Shown: positions 54,235-64,000 of the stretch, one piece after another
Numbering within the stretch: position 1 is the first letter of the stretch
How the letters are laid out: every line of letters begins with the position of its first letter
Source: Callorhinchus milii
Lineage: Eukaryota
Length of the DNA: 64,000 bases
Reading direction: 5' to 3'
NCBI RefSeq assembly: GCF_018977255.1
Contig: NW_024704743.1
Coordinates: 66,528,001-66,592,000, forward strand
Program-made: the position numbers and the translations under genes
The notes under the pieces: model-generated
Told to the model about the DNA's origin: nothing
The model's input: only the letters and a program-made list of their open reading frames with translations
Databases searched by the model: none

Positions 54235-54550
54235 TACAACAGCAACTTGCACCTTTCACACACGAGTAGCGTCCCAGAGCGCTTCAGAGTGGCAGAGTCT
54301 CACAACAAGCCAAGGGGAAAGGGAGGGGGAGGTGACCATAAGCACGATCAAAAAAGAAGGTTTTTAGGTTGGTCTTTAGTTTCATATGAGTGAGTAGCCA
54401 GGCAGCGGAGTTTTGAATTAATTGGATTTCGTGTGTGATGGAGTTGGGGAGACCAGCGAGGAGGGTATTGGAACAGTCCAGTCGGGAAGTGACGAAGGTG
54501 TGGACGAGGGTTTCAGCTGCGTCGGTTGTGAGGTACAGATGGAGGCGGGC
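54235..54550 (-). mobile_element. L2-clade LINE fragment with internal deletion
   Basis: [25 protein letters not shown]...IQNSAAWLL. Confidence 0.8.
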
Positions 54551-55286
54551 AATTATTATTTTTATTATAATATTTGTAATATTATTATAAAGAGAAAGAC
54601 ATTTCAAAAACAGGCTTCGGAGGTGAAAAGACAACATACCGTGCTACCATTCCTTGGGCTGAGCTAGTTTTAAGTTGCTAATGTTTGCAAGTGAATCGAC
54701 CCACTATGGCAATCATGGCAGTCCAATTTCATTCCAGGCGGGTCCACAGCACTAAAAGTTCCAGTCCTTGTCTGTCAGGCTCACCATTTGTTTGTAGCCT
54801 TTGCTACAGTGGATGCACAGAGTAACACAATAAAAAGATGGCACCAAGTTGAGTAGCATCACTCAACTTGGTGAGGACAATAACGTAAAAATTAAAAAAT
54901 GACCCTTTTAATACAACAAACAACAAATTTCATTCATAGAATTTATCTAATCTGTCAATCAAATGGTCAGGAGAGCTCCATTGTAACACACCTCTCCCTT
55001 GAATTCAAACTTCACAATCTGGCAGTACTTGATACACAACTTTTTCACGTCGGGAAGATGTTGAAGGCCCTGGGATATCTCTATCTAATCTCAATAGAGG
55101 TCCCAATACCTCTATCTAATCTGTCATTCAAAGTCTGTGACTGAGTACATGCCATTATTTTACAATTTCTCAATTTCTAGCTGTTCCTGTTTCCATCAGC
55201 AAGCAGTAGCTGTGGGCGAAGATTAAGTTCAGCGTCAGATGGGCTTGAGCCAAGATCAATAGAGATTACTTAATTCCCCTCAAGAC

Positions 55287-55599
55287 AATATAATAATCCT
55301 TGCATTTGATATCGTGCTTTTCACGTCGGGAGGACGTCCCAAAGCACTTCACAGAACACACTGGAAAGTGAATTGACTGTATATTTGTGGGCGAACGCGG
55401 CAGCCAATTGCGCACAGCAATGTCCCACAAACAGTCGTAGATTGAAAATGACCAATTTATTATTGTTTTGATTTTGGAGGGATTATTATTAGGCGTGTGG
55501 AGTAAGGAAACTTGCCCAAGGTTTCGCCCTGCCTGGAATTGAACTCAGATCTCTCGCTTGCAAAGCGAGTGCTCTAACCACTGAGCTACAGGACTCCAC
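55287..55599 (-). mobile_element. tRNA-derived SINE, full length, short form
   Basis: Near-identical family copy. Confidence 0.93.
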
Positions 55600-56059
55600 T
55601 TATTTGAATTCTGATTCATTAGTTCTGCTCACCATTGCTCCTCTTTTATCATTAATAGCTCAGACTCGAGAGAATATTCTAGATAATGCGGATAATGGTT
55701 TAAAGTACAATAAACGCTACCCTGCACGAGGGGTGCTATATGAATGCAAGTTGTGTTGTTATTGTAAGCCAGGTTTCTCAGGGCTTTTGGGTTTTATTCT
55801 GTGGAACTCCAAGAACCGTTTGGATTTGTATGGAGCAATCTAACATGCATAGTTCTTTGAGGCTAGTGTAGGTACAGGAAACTCCTGATACCTTGAACTT
55901 TATAACACTTAAGTTATCATTCTGTTAATATCATTGCTGCATTTATTTATATAATTATACAAATGCCTGACTTGCCACTCTGGAAAGCTCATCACTGAGC
56001 TTTTTCCCTTGGAGTGACAAGTTATCAGGTGTTTACTGTATTGTAAGTATAAGTCTGTG

Positions 56060-56410
56060 TTGCTCAATTGCTAGCACACTCGCCTCTGAAGCAGAAGGTT
56101 TGTTGATTCAAATTCCATGTCAGGATTTTAAACTCATATAATCTATGCTTACACTGCAGTGCAGTGCTGGGGTGTACTGCATTGTTGGAGGTGCCATTCC
56201 TCAGATCATATCCTATCTGCCTTCCTGTCCGGGGGTTAAGGCCCATTTCACTATTTGAAAAGAGAAGGGAGTTTCTCCTAGTGTCCTGGACAACAGTCCT
56301 CTAAATAAATTAGTCATTAATTTCTTAGTGGTATGTGGGAGTTTTTGTATGCCAATTGGCTTCTACTTTTTCCTACAAAATACATAATCACTACACATTA
56401 CAGCATATCC
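56060..56410 (+). mobile_element. Older Deu-type SINE
   Basis: Homologous to 21520-21860. Confidence 0.7.
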
Positions 56411-59400
56411 TGGGAAGGCAGCACCTGTTTCAAACAACAGCAGCCACACCAAATTGAAATCCAAGGTGATGACTGAACTTTATAGCTGGCTTTGTCATAA
56501 AACATTATCATTATACAGGTCATAGTTTATTGATGTTTTCTTAAGGAATAGATTAAGTTGAAAAATACCATAAATTTACTCGCATTAATTCCTGTGGGCA
56601 AAGAAAACACTACAAGTCTGCAGAGATTTAATAACACTGTTACACGAATCCTAGGCTTGAAAATCTTTTAGAAACGATTTCAACATTGTGATTTCTGGTA
56701 CCATCTGAGCCATTGGACTATAACTTATATTGATCAGCAAGTGTGACAATGGGAAATCCCGTTATAAAGATGAGGCGAGCCACTCTGCCATTTTTAGCAA
56801 TCCGTATTAAACAATAATATTCATTACATTTGATATAGCACCTTATCACATAGTTGAAAAATCTCCTTTGAGTGCATTTCTTCATTGCATAACACATTGA
56901 ACCATCATTCATCTTATCAGTCACCACAAGAGCAGGACTGAAAGAAGCCTAGTGATAGATTGCCTTCCAATCGTCCAAGTTTGGCAGTGGTAATATGTCT
57001 GACGTAACCATACAAAGAGGCATCATCAAAGGTCCAAAATTCCTTGCATAATTGGCGTAAAATATCCTTAAATTAATTGTCATAAATTTTAAGATAAACA
57101 TTGTAAAGTTTGGAAAAAATTACATTCAGTTTTCCATAGTTTAAACCAATTTCAATTAAAACCCAAGTTCAAAAAAAAATACAATTTTAAAAGCATGCCC
57201 TTAATGCTAATGCCATGAGAAATGTCAGGCCTCCAGATTCAGATGCTGAACACCAAAATCTCATTTAATTCCAGCTCCTGTTATCCTAGCTGTCTGAGCT
57301 GCATTTGAACTCCAGCCCCAGACATGAAAGAATAATGTTCTAAATCGTTGTAGCAGCCAATAGAGCTCTGCTCATTATCTCTCATCAGTGAAGCCATGTC
57401 CCAAACACAGTAATGAGACTCTCTTCCTTAACAACCTCTTGTTTGCTACTAAAAATTAAGTCCTGCCGATGGAGATTGGCCAAATATCCTGGCTTCTCAT
57501 CCCTCCCTTTCTGTCAAGAAAGGCAGATGAGATACTGTGTTCTTGCAGTAGACACCAAAAATAGCGCACAGGGAAAGTACTTCTGCCAAAGAACTTGCTG
57601 TTGAACAACTACATGAAAACCTGTCCATTGCACTTGATCCCATTTGATGGTTACCTGAAGTGACCATGCAGACCTGGAGCAGTGAGGCAGCAGATTCCCC
57701 TGGCAATTGATTTTTCAAAAGGAGTGGATCGCATTTTACTAACTGTCTTGAGACTAGAATTTTTTATTTTAAATGGGCGTCGAAAATGGGCACAGTGAAT
57801 TTACAACAGAATTAATGAACATTGTTTCAGAGTTGCTAATGGAGAAGCCTGCAGTACACCACAACTGATGTACGGAATGCCTTCTGTGAAGCACCAGAAA
57901 AAGATCAAAGGGTTCCTGAAAGGTCGGCTACAATACACCCTCCCAGTGTATTTCGTACACTGTGAGCTATTATTTGACCTCACTCTGGATCTGAAATTAA
58001 CCAAAAGTCCCATCAGCCTGTTCAGGTGCATGTTAAAGATCCCGTGGCACGAGTCGAAAAGAAGATATTTTCTCCTGGTATCCTGGCAAACAATCCCCCA
58101 AATAAAATTGGTCATTCACTTCATGGCTGTTTGGGGGACCTTGCTACATGCAAGTTGGTTGCCACATTCACCTACGCTATATACACTACACTTTGCAGTA
58201 TATCTTGTGAAACTCTTTGAGACATCTTCCAATGTGAAAGACTCTTTACCAAATGTAAGCTTTATTATTATAACTGCAGTAATGTTACTGCAAAATTTCA
58301 AGTAATTTGATCTTAAAAGACTTTTGTGCACATATTGACAATATTCTCCAATCACTAATAACAGACTTTGATGAATAATAAATCACCCGAGCTGAAGCAA
58401 ATAGGATAATGAAGCACTGGTAAGAGAGCAGGGGTTGTTTTTTTATTTTCGTGCAATTAGCAGCTGCACGCCCACTGCTGATAAAACAGCACTGGGATGA
58501 CAAGAGCAGAAAAGTGCATTTTGTACACTGGTTTAAATGATTTGTTTCTTTCTCTCTAATTTTGATCAGCCGGATATCTGACCCATGTGGAAATCCATCA
58601 GAGTATTTAAAATAACCTGAGAGTCAACGTGCATTTGCTGGTTTCATATTTAACTACCACAATCCAATTTATATATTGTGATTGTGACTTGTGTTGTTGA
58701 CATGTATCACATAGACTAACAGACATGCAGATTTTCATACAGTAACATCCTCATAATGTTACCAACTAAAACCCTTACCTAGTTTCGGAGAGTACTATAT
58801 ACAGATATAGGATACTACAGGTTGTCAAGAGCCAAGGCTAGGGGTCGCCACAGTGTGCGTTGGAGCACTGCTGGTATTTAACCAGCTAAAACCTCATAGC
58901 TTGCCATTGAAACAATTTCTGACAAGATTCCCTCTGCTTCTCCAGCTAGGACTATCCTACCTGTTAGAGCTTTGCCTTGCTATTGTTAAGAGTAACTGAG
59001 TGGGAAGAATCACTGCCTCCAGTATCCTCCTGTGAGTCCTGCCAATGTGCCAAGCTGTCATCAGTGATGCCCTGGAGGATTGTGGAACCGCCTGGCTCAG
59101 GAGCCAGACTACCCGGACCACATCAGAGAACTGACTTAATTCCAGCATTCCGTTGCCGAGTATATCAACTTGGGGTCAGATCAGCTCCAAGGAGACCTCA
59201 CTTAGTACTATTCTAAACATAATGGGCATTTGTGCTCTGCAGCACGTGACAAATTAATGCACATCACTGAACAGTTGAGGTGGAATCATGAATCTCAAGT
59301 GTAAACCTTAACATCCCATCTGAAGGACTGCACGTCTGACAACCCAGCTCACCTCCAGCACTGCACTGGAATGTCAGTGAAGACCACATGAGCTCCAATG

Positions 59401-59624
59401 TGGGGCTTAAACGCACAACCTTCTGAATCGGAGGTGAGATTGCTACCAACTGAACATGCTTAATTCACATAAACTGAAACATAAACATAAATTGACTAAA
59501 GTTGTGGTCAAACCAGTTGATAAATATCAACTTACCCGTGGGGGTAAGAACATCAACAGCCCCGATTTTGGCACAAGATTGGACCAAAAGATTTCAGCAG
59601 TTACCATTATAGCTGAGGTGAGCA

Positions 59625-59870
59625 ACAACAGCAACTTCCACACAGGATAACGTCTCAGAGTGCTTAACAGTGGCGGAGCCTCTATCCGAGCCAGGGGGAG
59701 GGGGGAGGTGGCCGTAAGCCACAAACGCATGCACAAGGGTTTCGCCTGCATTTGCGGTAAGGTACGGTCGGAGGCGGGCAATGTGGCAGATGTGGAGGAA
59801 GGCGGTCCTGGTCAAGGGCCGGATGTGTAGAAGGGATAGCAGTGATGGATAGCAACAAGATCCCAAGACT
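59625..59870 (-). mobile_element. L2-clade LINE fragment with internal deletion
   Basis: [36 protein letters not shown] joined directly to the 3'UTR. Confidence 0.75.
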
Positions 59871-61388
59871 GACAAGCAATTATATCAAGGTTAATTTCAC
59901 TGATTGATGCAGGAGACTGTCATAGTCATTATATATTAGAAAAGGGTTCATGTGTTAAAAAACAGAAGACTGCAGCCAAAAGTAAACAATAAAATGTTAT
60001 ACAGTATGCTCAGATAAATTATTAACTGGATGGTCATTGAATACAATTGGGATTTGGAAAATGTACTTCAGCAGCCGGATATTGCAGATAAAAGAGATGC
60101 CAATAATTAAAATTCCAGCACGTAATCAAATTGCATAAGTTCAGCACAAAACCTATTGTGCTCAATCAATGTAATTGTACCATAAACATACTAAGTTGTG
60201 AAAGAAATCAGGAGTCACTCCAGTTGTAATGACTGCTTTAGAAATGTGAACATGATGTAAAACATAATTCAGTCTTTGCCCAATTGTACATAGACTATGA
60301 AATTCTGAATGGAGCTGACAGCGGGCTGCATGCTGTGGTCATTTGTTCATTCTAAAGCATTTGTCAGATAAATCCAGTGCCTAGGATCGTGCTGTGTGAA
60401 CAAAGCTGTGTGCAGACCAAAATAGACTTCTAGGAAAACAATTACAACACATTTCAGGAATCAGAATGTAATCAGACTCATGAATACATTTGGTGTCCAG
60501 GAGATCAGTATTATTTGCTATACTTTTTATCAAAGCTCTTCTGGGAATTGCCTAGAAAAATATTAGTATATATTATGTAAATATTATCCACAGTGCAGGC
60601 GTTAATCAATTGATCAGTGGCTTTGCTGATGGGAACCCCAAGAGGAATTATTGTTTTGAGGCATTCAGCACTTGCCATTCAGGAATTAAGTAGTCTTGCT
60701 TCTCCAACTGGGTTTTCATGAATATCACTTTTAGCGGGTTGACTGGCAGCTGCTATAAATTCTGCTGTAACAATGGTTAACAGCAATTTTCTAAATTTAA
60801 CCAGTATAATTATGGTAGAAAACAAAGTGTCAGACTTTAATCGTGTAGTAAATGGGGCACTGGCTGCTGCAGCAACATCCAGATGCTTGTTTCATTCAGC
60901 GCTGCTGCAATGTAATTTCATGAGCAAAGAATATTCCTGCAATAGCTAATTTTAGTGACAATGTGGCTATCTGTAATGTGGATGCAATGTTGGGAGATAG
61001 CACCAGCAGACTTTCATTAGTGTTTAGCAGTACTCTCAACACAACTACAAATTAGAAACCAGAGTTAAAATCATGACTTTACACAAAGGTTTGTGAGAAT
61101 GTGAAAGTTTCAGCAATTCATAGATTCAGTCTATTTAAGTGCTCTGTACAGTCACAGATAGGTACTTTGTAAAGTAAAGATGTTAAAGGATATGGAGAAA
61201 AGTACAAAAATGGAATTGCTTGCCATAGATTTAATAGAAAGACAGGTTTAATTGGACGAATGGCCTATTCCTGTTTTTATGTTCCTAAATTAGTAAAAAG
61301 GAAGGAAACGGCCAGTTCAGCTTGTTACTGATTAGATGTGATAGCAATAAATGTAATAAAGCATGTGCTCTGAGTCCATAATTTAAAT

Positions 61389-61593
61389 TAGTGGTGGCCA
61401 ACCTGTGGCCTGCAGGTTGGAAGTGGCCCTCAGGGACATCAAGAAGCCCCCCCACCACCACATTTGCATAAGTTTAGGTCAGTTCATGTTCAATCTCTAG
61501 TGTGTTTTCATTGTTTTTTATTGAATATTTTTGGATTTGTAGCATTAGGGTAATTTATTTTGTTGACCGACTATAAAAGTTGGCCACATGTTG
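61389..61593. mobile_element. Probable hAT-type MITE (~200 bp)
   Basis: Terminal inverted motifs TAGTGGTGGCCAAC and GTTGGCCACATG. A related copy lies at ~45385-45550. Confidence 0.55.
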
Positions 61594-61789
61594 TGTTGAG
61601 AAATCACTTATTTCCTCTGTGACGTTTATTTTATATTCATCTTTCTTGATCCTCCTCAGAACAATTTGCCATGGAAATTTGCCATGCACTTCTGTAGCAC
61701 CTTTCACTTCAGAATAATGTCACAAAGAGATTTACCAAAGATGGTGTAAATCCATCACTAAGCAGGGTGGAAAGAATGGAGGGCGTTGA

Positions 61790-62520
61790 GGATAATAATG
61801 ATAATAATCCTTGTATTTGGTATAGCTCCTTTACTGTCAGCAGGTCATCCCAAAGTGCTTCACAGGATCTACTATAAAGTGGAGCAATTGTGTACAAAAC
61901 ACAAAATGCTGCAGGTGCTGGAATCTGAAACAAAAACAGAGAGAGCTGGGAAAACTCAGCAGGTCAGGCAGCATCTATGGAGAAAGGAATGTGAGTCAGC
62001 GTTTCGGGTCTGCGTTCTGACGAAGGGTCGTGGACCCGAAACGTTGACTCACTTTCCTTTCTCCATAGATGCTGCCTGACCTGCTGAGTGTTCCCAGCTC
62101 TCTCTCCATTTTTGGAACAATTGTGTGTTTTGTGGGTTGAAAGCTCGGGTCTGAAACATTGACTGTCCAGTGCCTTGGGACGTCCTCCCGACCTGAAAGG
62201 CGCTATACAAATTTTGTTGTTGTTGTTGAATGTGGCAGCTAATTTTCACACAGCATTTTCCTGCAAATAGGAATGGAGTGAATGACCAATTGTATTTGGG
62301 GGATTTGGGGCCAGGACACTGAAAAAAGCTCCCTTGAATAATCCCTTTTTAAATAATGCCATGGGATCTTTGACACCCACTTGATCAGGCAGAGGGCGGT
62401 TAACGTCTCAACCAACATTGCAGCATACATCTAGTACTGTACTGAAGTGTCAATTTAGACTATATGAGTTCAAATTCTGATGTGAAGCTTGAACCCACAA
62501 TCTTCTGACTTAGAGGTGAG
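61790..62520 (-). mobile_element. Older Deu-type SINE interrupted by two later insertions
   Basis: Tail at 61790-61893, short piece at 62118-62140, body and head at 62229-62520. Confidence 0.65.
61894..62117 (+). mobile_element. Palindromic, probably Penelope-like-element-derived insertion with a hammerhead-like core
   Basis: 72-bp inverted arms (61939-62010 and 62033-62104, 3 mismatches). CTGACGA...GAAA core. Flanked by a CAATTGTGT direct repeat. A single-arm relative lies at ~30605-30665. Confidence 0.7.
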
Positions 62521-62929
62521 AGAGCCAGGCTGACACACAAATGTTAACCAAAGGTTCATGCAAAAAGGATACTGAACAAAGCCACATTCAAATAGAGTTT
62601 TAAAGGCAGGGTGAGAAGGCATATAGTGAAGAAGGGATTTGGGAAATGATAATTGACCCATTACAATTTTGTAGATTCATCCCTACTTGCCTGAAACAGT
62701 TTAGTTCTGTGTCTATCCTGCTGGAGGTTAATAGCAGTTGTGAATTATTATTTTGTAATTATTCTTTGCTTCATTGCAATTTTTTAAAACATTGTATTCG
62801 TCCAATTATTTTTCTCCCCATTGGCATACGTCTCCAACCCCCTCCGCTTGAATTACGGTTCCATGTTTGCTTGTGGCACTACACTAGCCCACCCAAGTCG
62901 AAACTTTCATGTCTGAGCCTTGGTAATGA

Positions 62930-63365
62930 CAAGTTCATCACACCGGTTCTAGCCAGGCTCCACTGGCTCTCTATCGCTGAAAGGATCGATTTCAAGATGC
63001 TCACATTCGTCTTCAAATCCCTTCATGCCCTGGCACCTCCCTACCTCTCTGACCTGCTTACCCTCCAACCCACAATCCATTGCCTTCGCTCGACTGGCTC
63101 CAGCCTTCTGGCTGTCCCTCATGCTCTCCAACCCACCATTGGTGGCCATGCTTTCAGCCACTACGCCCCTAAACTCTGGTACACTCTTCCCGTATTCTTC
63201 TGTCTTTCCCTATCTTCAGGTCACACCTGAAGACCTTTCTATTCGAATGTGCCTACGGTCACGTCCCTCTCCCTCGACTCAGAGTCTTGCTCCATCACTT
63301 TCAAGCATTCTGGAATGCTACCCTGTGTGAGGGGCACTATATAAATGCATGTTGTTGTTGTTGAC
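62930..63365 (+). mobile_element. L2-clade LINE 3' fragment
   Basis: ITPVLARLHWLSIAERIDFKMLTFVFKSLHALAPPYLSDLL...TIGGHAFSHYAPKLW plus tail. Confidence 0.88.
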
Positions 63366-64000
63366 AGTCAATAGGCCATTTGAAAGGAGGGAGTGTTCCA
63401 GCCAATCCTTTATGCTCAGTACATTGCTTTCCTCATTTGATCCTTTTTATATATTTTCTTTTCAGTTTGAATTACAGAAATCTTCTATTGCCTCCTAAAT
63501 AACCACAGGCCACAACTTATTTCTTCTAAAGCATTCACCCTCCATCTCCAAAGCTTGCCAGCTTACATGAATTCCAATTACCACATTTATATTTTGTGTC
63601 AACTGCTTAGCTCTCCAACTGGTTAAGTGCAGCCCATCCATCCTTTAAATGGCACTGTTACCTGAAAATGTTCCTCTGTTATTTTCAGATTCAATTACTT
63701 CCAGCAAAGTATTTATCTAACCATTCATTGAAGCCCCATTACTTTCATCATGATCTCCATGCCTTGGATGATACAGAAGCAGCTCAGGCACTCTCCACTT
63801 TTGCCATCTCTGCCTTAGATTGTTTCACCGATCCAATATAATCTTTTAGTTCTTCGGGCCACTAATCGTGACATTGTTTGTCCCCACAAGGAATAACAAA
63901 ACTAGATTAATTCCATTCTCCCTCATCATGTTCTTATACAAACCTGCTTCTACATATCTTTCCCCCTGAAAGCAGCTTGAATATTAACTGATGTTAATAC

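Noticed and set aside
62646..63230. 194-aa ORF
   Set aside because: The C-terminal half is an L2 ORF2 remnant and the N-terminal half looks like chance open frame.

Overview
Eukaryotic vertebrate genomic DNA. The repeat content (tRNA/Deu-domain SINEs, L2 and CR1 LINE debris) suggests a cartilaginous fish, possibly elephant shark; this is an inference. The only host gene I can support is the 5' end of adenylate cyclase type 1 (ADCY1) on the minus strand: coding exon 1 at 6008-6601 and exon 2 at 3242-3391, with canonical GT/AG phase-0 junctions. The gene continues off the left edge, and its CpG-rich promoter/5'UTR lies at about 6600-7300. The remaining ~56 kb upstream has no recognisable host exons. 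It is dominated by a young tRNA-Ala-derived SINE family, older Deu-type SINEs, many L2-clade 3' fragments, an internally deleted CR1, small foldback elements and microsatellites. I found no convincing novel multi-gene system. The most interesting signals are: (i) a 72-bp-arm palindromic insertion centred on a minimal hammerhead-ribozyme-like core (61894-62117); (ii) inverted SINE copies flanking and inside ADCY1 introns (circRNA/ADAR candidates); (iii) a modular CORE-like plus Deu-like SINE with two structural subfamilies; (iv) an unclassified ~290-bp dispersed repeat; (v) a CR1 with a large internal deletion and a 71-bp inverted self-duplication. Repeat boundaries were read by eye and are approximate unless stated otherwise.
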